Shown: piece by piece, positions 1 to 8,387 of the stretch
Layout of the letters: every line of letters begins with the position of its first letter
How positions within the stretch are numbered: the first letter of the stretch is position 1
From: an uncultured delta proteobacterium
GTDB lineage: Bacteria > Myxococcota_A > Polyangia > Palsa-1104
Direction: 5' to 3'
Length of the DNA: 64,000 bases
Assembly: GCA_963785725.1 (NCBI GenBank)
Contig: CAWAWS010000016.1
Span: forward strand, 288,001 to 352,000
The notes under the pieces: generated by a model
Told to the model about the DNA's origin: nothing
Database searches by the model: none
Seen by the model: only the letters and a program-made list of their open reading frames with translations
Position numbers and translations under genes: made by a program

Positions 1-118
1 GCTTCGGCTTCGCCGGTAGATCATTCTTCGGCTTGCGATCGCCGAAGCCAGCGTTCGTGAAATACGAGAACAGGCCGATCAACACGGCGACGGCAATGAG
101 GATGCCCAGCGTGCCCAT
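1..118 (-). CDS. Small membrane-anchored protein, truncated by the window edge (MGTLGILIAVAVLIGLFSYF...)
   Basis: ATG at 118-116 overlaps the TAA of the upstream kinase-like gene; hydrophobic N-terminus; frame stays open to the edge. Confidence 0.55.
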   Translation of the reverse strand, partial: MGTLGILIAVAVLIGLFSYFTNAGFGDRKPKNDLPAKPK

Positions 119-1935
119 TATTCGTCGAGGATGACACGAGTCGAGCTGCCGCGGTCGTGAACATTGACCGGGCGCTCGATCTCGACGGTGCGGTCGCCTT
201 CGGGCGCGTAGAGCGTGATGTGGTGCGGGCCGGGCTTCATCGAGATGCGCGCCTCGGCCGGGCACGAGCGGCCGCTGTCGGCGCCGTCGACGAAGATGCG
301 ATATTGCCCGGGATGCTTGCACACGAGCTTCAGGCCCGCGTCGCCGTCGATCTCGGCCGGTAGCATGGCGGCGACGAGCGGCGCTTCGATGCTCACGCCG
401 GCGTCGAGCGGACCGCGCCACAGCCGCTGCCCTTCGGCCACGACGACGAGCGCGTGCACGCCCGGCGGCAGCGGCAGCGACGCCGGCGTCGTGCCCGCGG
501 CCTTGCCGTCGATGAAGAGCCGCGCCCCGCTCGGCTGCGACCGGACGGTCGTCGTCAGCGGCGTCGTCAGCGACGTCGTCGGCGCACCCAACGCGACCGG
601 CGGCGGCGGCGGCGCCGTTTGCGCGACGATCGCGGGCTCGGTCGCCTGCGGCTGCGATTGCGCGTCCCGCGGCGTGCGGCCGCGCTCGATCTTGAAGGCG
701 ATCGTCGCCACCGACAGCGCCATCGCCGCCAGCGCCATCGCCGGCAACATGCGCTGCCCGACCGACGGCCGCTTACGGCGCAGCGCGTCCAACGTCGTCG
801 TCGCCGTGGTCGACGGCGGATCCCACACGGTCGTCGACGGCGGCGGCAACAGCGGCCGACCACCCCACGGCGTCGCCACGCTCGCCGCCGACGGCAACAT
901 CGACGGCGGCGGCGGCAAGGGCAGCGTCTCGCCGCCCACCTCCGGCATGGCCGCGAAGAAGTCGTCGGCCACCGACGGCGCGCGAATCCCCGTCGCCGGC
1001 GGCGGCTGCGGATTGCCGATGCCTTCGAGCGGCGAGCGGCGCGTGACGTCCGCCGGCAGCTTGTCGCGCGCGCGTTCGGCCAGCATCGACCGCGCCGTGT
1101 TCACGCGCTCGCCGAGCAGCGTCAGCGCCTGCGTGCGGAAGTCGGCCAGCGACGGCAGACGCGCCGCCGCTCGCGCCGCCAGCGCGCGCGCCAACAGCGG
1201 CCCCGCCGCCGCCGGAATCCCCGACAGCGACGGTGGCGACGCGTCCGACTGCGCCGCGATCTCGACGGCGCGCGTGCCCACGAACGCGGGACGACCGGCC
1301 AACAGCTCGAACAGCACCGCCGCCAAGCCAAAGACGTCGGCGCGGCCGTCGAAGTTGCCGCGTCCCATTTGCAGCTCGGGCGCGGCGTAGCGAAGCGCGT
1401 CGACGAAGGCGTCGTCGTCGGACCAGCCCGGCTGCACGCGCATGTGCAAGAGGCCGAAGTCGCGCACGAAGACGCGGCCGTCACCGTCGACGAGGATGCA
1501 CTCGGGCGACAGGCCGAGGTGCAAGATGCCGCCCGGCAGCAGGTCGGTGCGAGCGTGCGCGTTGGCGACGGCGTCGGCGACCTCGATGGCGACGAGCAGC
1601 GCCGCGTCGGTCGGCAGCGGTCCGTCGGCGACGAGCGCGCTCAGCGGCGCGCCGCGAATCCAGTCGGAGACGAGGTAGTGGACGTCGCCTTCGGCGGCGA
1701 GCTCGTGGGCGCGGGCGATGCGCGGATGCGACAGCCGCGCCCAGCCGTTGGCGGCGCGCACCAGTCGAGCCATCGCCTCTTTGTCGGTCGCCAGCTCGTC
1801 CGCGACGATCAGGAGCGCAAAGTCCTTCTCGAAGCCGGCATCGCCGTAAACGCGCGCGCGATGCAGGATTCCGAGCGGTCCGCTGGCGATCTCCTCACCG
1901 CAAACGAAGCGCCCGAGCGTTCTGCGCTCCCCCAT
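118..1935 (-). CDS. Ser/Thr protein kinase-like protein (probable pseudokinase) with Pro-rich linker, TM helix and PEGA domain
   Basis: Kinase fold motifs LSHPRIA, DFG, APE, RADVFGL; VAIK and HRD are degenerate; C-terminal PEGA-like SQPSGARLFIDG...GTTP; start could be 1947 or 1956. Confidence 0.8.
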   Translation of the reverse strand: MGERRTLGRFVCGEEIASGPLGILHRARVYGDAGFEKDFALLIVADELATDKEAMARLVRAANGWARLSHPRIARAHELAAEGDVHYLVSDWIRGAPLSALVADGPLPTDAALLVAIEVADAVANAHARTDLLPGGILHLGLSPECILVDGDGRVFVRDFGLLHMRVQPGWSDDDAFVDALRYAAPELQMGRGNFDGRADVFGLAAVLFELLAGRPAFVGTRAVEIAAQSDASPPSLSGIPAAAGPLLARALAARAAARLPSLADFRTQALTLLGERVNTARSMLAERARDKLPADVTRRSPLEGIGNPQPPPATGIRAPSVADDFFAAMPEVGGETLPLPPPPSMLPSAASVATPWGGRPLLPPPSTTVWDPPSTTATTTLDALRRKRPSVGQRMLPAMALAAMALSVATIAFKIERGRTPRDAQSQPQATEPAIVAQTAPPPPPVALGAPTTSLTTPLTTTVRSQPSGARLFIDGKAAGTTPASLPLPPGVHALVVVAEGQRLWRGPLDAGVSIEAPLVAAMLPAEIDGDAGLKLVCKHPGQYRIFVDGADSGRSCPAEARISMKPGPHHITLYAPEGDRTVEIERPVNVHDRGSSTRVILDE

Positions 1936-2005
1936 GCTCGTGAGCATGAGTAACATGCAGACACACAGAGAGTCGATGACTTTTGCACCCTAAATCGTCC
2001 CGCGA

Positions 2006-2992
2006 TCACGCGAGGTCGGCGACGGCAGCTCCAATGATTTCGTCATATTCGCCGTTGCGGTAGTAACTGAAGCCCTCACTATCGGGCGCGCGACTGGCGT
2101 ATGCCAGCATCCAAGGTCCAATGCCGGCGACGCCCAGCTCGCGCGCGCATTCGAACCAGCCGGCGTAGATCTCCCGGCGCGCGTCGGCCGGCAGGCGACT
2201 GCCGGCAATGCCGAATTCGCCGACGATCAAGGGACGCGTCACGTGATGCGCCGCCTGCGTGATGCGCTGCAAGCCGAAGCGCGCCTCGTCACCGACGGCA
2301 GCGCCCTGCTTCTCCGGGTAGAAATGCAGCGACGCCAGGTCGAGATCGGGCGAGTCGCGCGCCTCTTCGTCGCCGAGGCTGACCAGCTGGCGCGAACGAT
2401 CGCGCACACAGCCGGCGGCGAACGACACCCAATCGGACGGCGCTTGCCGCGCTTCGTTCATCAGCTCCCAGGCGAGCACCGTCGGATCGTCGCCGTAGCG
2501 CACGCCGGTCACGGAGTTGCGGCGATCGAGCAGCGTCGTCACACGCAGTCGATAGGCGTCACGCAGCTGCGGATCGGCATAGAACTGCGCGGCGTAGTCG
2601 GCGGGCGATTGGTCGTTGCGCACGGGCACGCCGCGCCAGCGCAGCCACTGCGCCATGCCGCCATACGACGGCCAATAATCGTGCAGCGCCAGAATCAGAC
2701 GCAGCCCGCGACGGCCGGCGGCGGCGACGGCGCGGTCGAGCGCGACGAACCCGCTTTCCATCGGTTGGTCGAGCCCGTTCCACATTCGGCTCGTCTTGTC
2801 GGGATTGTCGTTGAAGGCCCAGGCGCGCACGACGGCGGCGCCGAGCGCGACGGCGTCATCGAGCGCCGCGTCGCAGTTTTCGGGCGCGCCTTGGCCGATC
2901 TCGTCTTGCAGGTAGTAGGCGTTGGCGAGGATGAAGCGCCACGGCTTGCCGTCACGCAGGAGGGTCGCGCCGTCGCTGCCGATGAAGGTCAC
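2006..2992 (-). CDS. GH5-family glycoside hydrolase (endo-beta-mannanase-like)
   Basis: ANAYYL, VVRAWAFND, YGGMAQW, AWELMNE (acid/base), SLHFYP, IVGEFG (nucleophile). Confidence 0.85.
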   Translation of the reverse strand: MTFIGSDGATLLRDGKPWRFILANAYYLQDEIGQGAPENCDAALDDAVALGAAVVRAWAFNDNPDKTSRMWNGLDQPMESGFVALDRAVAAAGRRGLRLILALHDYWPSYGGMAQWLRWRGVPVRNDQSPADYAAQFYADPQLRDAYRLRVTTLLDRRNSVTGVRYGDDPTVLAWELMNEARQAPSDWVSFAAGCVRDRSRQLVSLGDEEARDSPDLDLASLHFYPEKQGAAVGDEARFGLQRITQAAHHVTRPLIVGEFGIAGSRLPADARREIYAGWFECARELGVAGIGPWMLAYASRAPDSEGFSYYRNGEYDEIIGAAVADLA

Positions 2993-3065
2993 GCTTTACG
3001 GTAGCACGCGCGGCGGCGCCAAAGGCGGGGGCGAGCGCCGGCGAGGCTATGATAAGGTTGCCGCG

Positions 3066-4256
3066 GTGACTTCCTACGCGGACGCCGGACCGGAGGACGC
3101 AGCCAAGGTTCGTTTCGTGCGCCGGCGCGCGGCGGCGGTCTTCGGCGCGCACGGTTATCGTGAGCTCTTGCCGTCGGCGTTGGAGCCGGTCGGCACCGCG
3201 GCGCGCATCGGGGCCGCGCTGGCCGCGCCGGCGCTGCCCGACGGCCGCGAGCTGCGCCTCGACGCCATGGTCTCGTTGGCGCGCGCCTATGGCGCCGGGC
3301 CCGATCGCGGGCGCTTCGCGCGGCGCATGATGGGCGGCGCGCTCTTCGATCCGCATCCGGCCGGCCGGCTGCGCTCGCCGACGTTCGAGATCGAGGCCGG
3401 CGTCATCTTCGGCGTCTCCGATCCCGCGGCCGACGCCGAGGTCTGCGCGCTGGCGCATGCGCTCGGCGGCGATCCCGGCTTGGGCGGCGCCGAGGTCGTG
3501 GTCTCGACCGTGGGTGACGCCGGTGACCTCGAGCGTTACGCCGGCCGCTTGGCCGAGCTGGGCACGCTCGCCTGTCCGCGCTGCCTCGCCACCGCCGATC
3601 CACTGCGCTTCTTGGGCTGCGACGAAGAGGGCTGCCGCGCGCTGGCGCAATCGGCGCCGCCCTTGCGCGACGAGGTCTCGACGCCGGCGCGCCGCCATCA
3701 CGAGGCGCTGCTGGCGCTGCTCGAGGCGGCCGGCGTGCCCGTGCGCGACGATCCGCGGCTGGCGTTCGGCTCGACGCGCTATCGACGCACGATCTTGGAG
3801 CTGCGCGCGCTCGAAGGCGACGACACGCGGCTCGTCGTCGCGCGCGGCGGTCGTCGCGACAACCTGGTGGCGGCCACCGGCGGCCCGCAGACGCCGGCGG
3901 TCGGCTTGACGCTCGGGCTCATGCGCGCCGCCGCTTGCGTCTCGCCCGCCGACGCCAGCTTCGAGCCGGGCTGCGAGATCTTCTTCGCCGCGCAAGGCGC
4001 GCGGGCACGCGCCTGGGCCTTTCGCGCCGCCGCCGCCGAGCGCGCGCGCGGCTTCCGCGTCGACGTCGACTTGGGCGACGGCAGCTGGGACGAACAGCTG
4101 GCGCGCGCCGACGAATTGCACGCCCGCGTCGTCGTCTTGTGCGGCGAAGACGAGCGGCAAAGCGGCGCAGTGCAGCTCCGCGATCTGCGCTCGCAGCAGG
4201 CGCTCACCGTCCCCGAAGCCGAGCTGTCGAGCATCCTCAAGCGGCTGTTGCGCTAA
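3066..4256 (+). CDS. Histidyl-tRNA synthetase-like paralogue with degenerate active site and intact anticodon-binding domain
   Basis: HisRS-colinear features: GYREL..P..E, DAEV, CxxC...PLRFLGC...C insertion, GGRRD.LV...GGP..PAVG..LG..R, C-terminal QLARAD...VVVLCGEDE...VQLRDL; GTG start inferred. Confidence 0.75.
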   Translation: MTSYADAGPEDAAKVRFVRRRAAAVFGAHGYRELLPSALEPVGTAARIGAALAAPALPDGRELRLDAMVSLARAYGAGPDRGRFARRMMGGALFDPHPAGRLRSPTFEIEAGVIFGVSDPAADAEVCALAHALGGDPGLGGAEVVVSTVGDAGDLERYAGRLAELGTLACPRCLATADPLRFLGCDEEGCRALAQSAPPLRDEVSTPARRHHEALLALLEAAGVPVRDDPRLAFGSTRYRRTILELRALEGDDTRLVVARGGRRDNLVAATGGPQTPAVGLTLGLMRAAACVSPADASFEPGCEIFFAAQGARARAWAFRAAAAERARGFRVDVDLGDGSWDEQLARADELHARVVVLCGEDERQSGAVQLRDLRSQQALTVPEAELSSILKRLLR

Positions 4257-4397
4257 GCCGTTCGCCGTAGCCTGCGGCAGCCGCGCGCCAAAAGCCGTTC
4301 AGCCCGTCGCGAGCGCGAAGCGGAGCGCTCCTGCCGGTGAGCCGCGCATCGCAGCGACAACGTGGCGATCGGACCGCGCAGCAGGTTTGAACGAGTT

Positions 4398-4652
4398 CTA
4401 CGCCGTATGAACTGGCGGTGCGCCCAAGAAGAACCAGTTTTCCCCGTCGACTAGGCGCAGCGCGCGCTTGAACGACGTCTTCAGGCGCGCCGGCAAGCGC
4501 GGCTTGAGCGCCCACAGCGTGCGCCGTCCCCGCGTCGTGCGCGCCAAGACGACGACGAAGGCGATCGCGAACAGCGCCACCAACCCGCCCGGTAAAGCCA
4601 CCATCGCCGCCAGCATCATCATTTTGCGCGCCACGTCTCCGGTGCGTTGCAT
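4398..4652 (-). CDS. Small membrane protein, hypothetical
   Basis: 84-aa ORF with a hydrophobic LPGG-containing segment followed by a basic tail. Confidence 0.5.
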   Translation of the reverse strand: MQRTGDVARKMMMLAAMVALPGGLVALFAIAFVVVLARTTRGRRTLWALKPRLPARLKTSFKRALRLVDGENWFFLGAPPVHTA

Positions 4653-4683
4653 CGCGCATACCGCAGCTCCACGACGCGCGCGG

Positions 4684-4822
4684 CTAGCACCTCACCACAG
4701 CGATTTCGACCGGTCCGCGCCGGTCTTCGACGTCCATGGCTTCGTTGCTCCTCCTCGAAATACAGACAGTATTCCTTCGTCGTCGCGCCTCGCCCTTCAA
4801 AATCGCTGTGGCGAGGTACTAG
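4684..4822. repeat. 139-bp palindromic MITE/ERIC-like element with 26-bp terminal inverted repeats ending in CTAG
   Basis: 4684-4709 ctagcacctcaccacagcgatttcga versus the reverse complement of 4797-4822, 23/26 match; internal hairpins. Confidence 0.75.
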
Positions 4823-6033
4823 CGTTTGCGGCGCGCGTAGAGGCCGAGCAGCACGAGCACGAGCGCGCCGCCGGCGAGCGACCATGAGTGGCTCTCCGGT
4901 CGCGCCGGGCCGATGGCGGGCGCGTCGGCGGCGAACATCGGCTCGCCGTTCGCGAAGCGGACGAGCTCGATGGGCGGGCCGTCATCGAGCGGCAGCGCCG
5001 CCACCTCCACGGTCGGGCCGTCGACGCGCACGCGCAGCAAATGATAGACGGGTCGATAAATCCGCTTGGCCGCGCGATCGACCGGGCTGCACGGTGACTC
5101 GTCGTATAAAGGCGCCCCGCCGCCGCCGCTGACGAAGTAGCGGACGCCGTTGCGCTCCAAGCGCTCGTAGGCGTGATCGTGGCCGGCGAAGACCGCGCTC
5201 ACGCGATGCTCCTCGAAGAGCCGCACCCACTCCGACTCTTCGATCGCGGCGCCGCAATGGGTGCCGACCGACAAGGGCGGCTGATGGACGAGGACGAAGG
5301 TGTGCGTCACGTGCTCGCGGGCGGCGGCGTCGAGCTGCCCGCGCAGCCACTCGGTCTGCGCGGCCGTGGGCGCGTTGCCGTCGAGGACGATGAAGGCCAG
5401 CGGACCCCAGCGAAAGCCGTAGTAGAGCCGCTGGCGGCCGTCGTCGGGCAGCGCGAACGCCTCGCGAAAGCGGTGCGCCTCGGGGTCGTGGAAGATCTCG
5501 TGGTTGCCGAGCGCGGGGTAGATCGGCACGTCGGCCAAGAGCGGCGCTTCGGCGTCGAAGAAGTCCTGCCAGCCCTGCGCGTCGCCGCCGTGCACGGCCA
5601 AGTCGCCGGTGTAGAGGACGAACGACGGCGACAGGCTGCGCGCCAGCGTCGCCAGCTGCGCGCCCTCCCGCTGCCCGTTGCGCGTGTCGCCGTACACGAC
5701 GAACGTCACCGGCTTGGCGGCGTCGGCAAGTCGCACCTCGCCGCCGCCGGCCTCTTGGCCGTCGACGCGCACGCGATACGAGACGCCCGTCGCCGTAGCC
5801 GTTACGCCGCGCAGGACGGCTTCGTGGTGCGTGCCCGTCGTCGTCACGTGCACGGCGCCGGCGCGGACCTCGACCGTCGCGGCGGCGGCGCTGTCGCAGA
5901 CGACGGTGAAGCCGTCGCCGCGCACGTCCTGCACGTACGGGCCGCGCGTCAGCCGGCCGCTCGGCTCATCGGCGCCGGCGGAACGGCAGACGATCACGAC
6001 CGCGCACAGGCAGACGATCGCCCGAGCCTGCAC
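4819..6033 (-). CDS. Secreted metallophosphoesterase (purple acid phosphatase-like) with C-terminal TM/basic sorting tail
   Basis: GPYVQ, YGDTR, TGDL, ALGNHE, HQPP, FAGHDHAYER, VSGGGG; tail WSLAGGALVLVLLGLYARRKR. Confidence 0.85.
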   Translation of the reverse strand: MQARAIVCLCAVVIVCRSAGADEPSGRLTRGPYVQDVRGDGFTVVCDSAAAATVEVRAGAVHVTTTGTHHEAVLRGVTATATGVSYRVRVDGQEAGGGEVRLADAAKPVTFVVYGDTRNGQREGAQLATLARSLSPSFVLYTGDLAVHGGDAQGWQDFFDAEAPLLADVPIYPALGNHEIFHDPEAHRFREAFALPDDGRQRLYYGFRWGPLAFIVLDGNAPTAAQTEWLRGQLDAAAREHVTHTFVLVHQPPLSVGTHCGAAIEESEWVRLFEEHRVSAVFAGHDHAYERLERNGVRYFVSGGGGAPLYDESPCSPVDRAAKRIYRPVYHLLRVRVDGPTVEVAALPLDDGPPIELVRFANGEPMFAADAPAIGPARPESHSWSLAGGALVLVLLGLYARRKR

Positions 6034-6047
6034 GCGCAACGAACGGC

Positions 6048-6489
6048 TCAGCGCCGCCGGGTGGCGATCGCCAAGCGGCGCAGACCGGCCGCCTTGGCCA
6101 GCTCCATGACGGCGACGACGCGACCGTGATGCGTGGCTTCGTCGGCCTGCACGACCACCTGCGTCTCCGGATCGCGCGCCTTGGCGTCGTCGAACATCTT
6201 GCGCAAGGTGTCGGCCGAGACGGGCTTGCCGTCGACGACCATGTTGCCGTCGGTGGTGATGGCGACGGTGACGTCCTTGGTGTTGCTGGCGATCTCTTTG
6301 GTGGCGCCCTTGGGCAAGTTGACGCGCACGCCGGCGCGCGCGCGCGTCGGTGGCCATGACCGACGAGGTCACCATGAAGATGATGAGCAAGACCAGGAAG
6401 ATGTCGGTCAGCGGCGTGATGTTGATGTCGGCGAACAGCTCGGCACCGTCACCGCCGTCGTCGCTCTTCTTCGGTCCGCCCATCGCCAT
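6048..6489 (-). CDS. exbD: ExbD/TolR biopolymer transporter; one frameshift near 6335-6350
   Basis: DINITPLTDIFLVLLIIFMVT in one frame; VNLPK...QADE...HGRVVAVMELAKAAG in another. Confidence 0.85.
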
Positions 6490-6494
6490 GCGGG

Positions 6495-7199
6495 TTAAGC
6501 CTCCGACGCCGACGGCTTGGTCGCGATCGCCACCGGCGCCGTCTCGAGGATGCGCTGCTCGCCCGACGGCCGCGCGTCCGGCTTCTGCTCGCGCAAGAGC
6601 TCGACGAACTCCTCCGACATGAGCTTGAGCTCGAGCGACGTGCGACCGAGCCGCTGCATGAAGTAGTTGTAGATGACCATGGCCTCGATGGCGACGACGA
6701 TACCGGCGGCCGTCGTCACCAGCGCCTCGGCGATGCCGGGACCGACGACGTCGATGCCGGCTTGGTGCGTGGCGCCGATCTGATCGAACGCGCGCAAGAT
6801 GCCCCACACCGTGCCGAAGAGGCCGACGAAGGGCGCGATGGCGCCGATGGTCGCCAAGAGCCACAGCTGCCCCTTGAGCGCCAGCGCCACGCGCTGCCGC
6901 TCGCGATCGACGGCGGCCTCGAGCGCGCCTTCGGAGCTGCGGCCGTGGCGCTCGAAGCCGACGAGGAAGAACTCCGCCGCCAGCGATGACGAGCGCTCGC
7001 ACGCCGCGCGCGCTTCGGCGAGCGCGCCGCGATAGAGGCAGCGTTTGACCGTCTCGCCGAGCGTGCGAGCGCGATCGAGGAAGCGCCAGAGCGCCGCGAC
7101 GCGCTCGATGCCGACCGCCAGTGCCAGCACCGAGCAGAACACGATGAGCCCGAGCGTCACGCCGCCCGCCTTCATCGTTTGAATGAACCCGTGGAACAT
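6495..7199 (-). CDS. exbB: MotA/TolQ/ExbB proton channel family protein
   Basis: LATIGAIAPFVGLFGTVWGI and GIAEALVTTAAGIVVAI signatures. Confidence 0.9.
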   Translation of the reverse strand: MFHGFIQTMKAGGVTLGLIVFCSVLALAVGIERVAALWRFLDRARTLGETVKRCLYRGALAEARAACERSSSLAAEFFLVGFERHGRSSEGALEAAVDRERQRVALALKGQLWLLATIGAIAPFVGLFGTVWGILRAFDQIGATHQAGIDVVGPGIAEALVTTAAGIVVAIEAMVIYNYFMQRLGRTSLELKLMSEEFVELLREQKPDARPSGEQRILETAPVAIATKPSASEA

Positions 7200-7220
7200 G
7201 TGGGGAGTAGGTATAGCTTC

Positions 7221-8387
7221 TCAGATGTAGCGCGTCCAGCCGTCGGAATGCCGAGATTTGTAGCTACGGTACCAACGACAAATTGGCAGGAACAAAACGA
7301 GCACGATCAGCGTCACGCCGTAGGTTTTGAGGAGACCGTGCTGCTGCGGATCGGCGTGGAAGAGCCGCCGGGCCACGAGGGCGCCGAGCCCAATGACGTG
7401 CACGTGTAGGAGATAGAAGAAGAACGCGGTCGCGCCGAAGATCCCGAGCGGCTCCAAGAAGCGGCGTAGCCGGCCGTCGTCGAGCGCCGTCAAGAGCGCC
7501 AACAAGAGGAACGTCTGCCCCAGCTCCAGCGTCGTGTAGCTCAGGCTGGGCGGATATTTGGCGACGTGCATCCACTGTAGAATCGAGCCCGAATCGCGGT
7601 GCAGGCCCCAGTTGCCGTAGCCGTCGAGGCCGCGCACGACCGCGAACACGGCGAGGAGCGCGCCGCCGATGGCGAGCAGCGTGCGCACGCGCTCCGCCGT
7701 CGGCCGCGCCCGCGTCGCCAGGAGCCAGCGGCCGAGCACCCAGCCGGCCATCATGATCGACAGCCAGGGAATCAGCGGATAGCCGTTGAACGCGTTCGCG
7801 AACGGATGGCCGGGCCGAAACAGCGCGACGTCGATGGCGTGCGCCGGCTGCGTCGTCGGCTGCCAGCGCTCGGCCAGCTCGCCGAAGACTTGGATGGCGA
7901 CGGCGCCGGCGAGCAGCCACGCCGACGACAGCCGTCGCAAGAACGCCATGATCACGAGCGAGATGCCGATCGCGTACAGCACTTGGAAGACCGCGACGTG
8001 ATAGCCGGTGAAGCCGAGCGACATCCACAGCGGATCGAGCGCCGCGATGACGAGGCCGCGCTTGACGATGAACGCCGTCTGCCGCGGGTCGTCGCGCCGC
8101 CGCTCGCTCGACAACGCCAGCGCTGCGCCCGCCAGCAGGACGAAGGTCGGCGCGCACAGGTGCGAGATCCAGCGCGTCAGAAACTCGGCCGGCGGCAGCG
8201 GATTGCCGCGATGCCAGCCGTCGGCGGCGTCGCCGTGCAGGTGGTGCGCGTCCCACATCGTGCCGGCGTGATCGATCGTCATCAGGATCATGACGAGCCC
8301 GCGCAGCCAATCGATCGCTTGCAGCCGCTTCGACTTCGCCGCCACCGCCGCCGCCACCGTCGTCGCCGGCTCGGCTGCCGGCATCAC
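7221..8387 (-). CDS. DUF1624 / heparan-alpha-glucosaminide N-acetyltransferase-like membrane protein
   Basis: RLQAIDWLRGLVMILMTIDH, TRWISHLCAPTF, KYPPSL, FFFYLLH; many TM segments. Confidence 0.85.
   Translation of the reverse strand: MMPAAEPATTVAAAVAAKSKRLQAIDWLRGLVMILMTIDHAGTMWDAHHLHGDAADGWHRGNPLPPAEFLTRWISHLCAPTFVLLAGAALALSSERRRDDPRQTAFIVKRGLVIAALDPLWMSLGFTGYHVAVFQVLYAIGISLVIMAFLRRLSSAWLLAGAVAIQVFGELAERWQPTTQPAHAIDVALFRPGHPFANAFNGYPLIPWLSIMMAGWVLGRWLLATRARPTAERVRTLLAIGGALLAVFAVVRGLDGYGNWGLHRDSGSILQWMHVAKYPPSLSYTTLELGQTFLLLALLTALDDGRLRRFLEPLGIFGATAFFFYLLHVHVIGLGALVARRLFHADPQQHGLLKTYGVTLIVLVLFLPICRWYRSYKSRHSDGWTRYI

Noticed and set aside
3066..4256. Assigning hisS or hisZ as the gene symbol
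   Set aside because: Catalytic motifs are missing for hisS, and the retained anticodon domain and absent hisG are atypical for hisZ
4684..4822. tRNA, 6S RNA or CRISPR repeat interpretation of the two palindromic elements
   Set aside because: No cloverleaf or T-loop, no repeat-spacer array and no cas genes; the repeats are inverted, not direct. A match to a known Rfam family cannot be excluded without a search
6330..6350. Programmed frameshift or phase variation at the (GC)n tract in exbD
   Set aside because: No typical slippery sequence; similar indels elsewhere point to assembly error
4819..7002. 727-aa apparent ExbD-phosphatase fusion
   Set aside because: Produced by the exbD frameshift; the phosphatase has its own signal peptide starting near 6033
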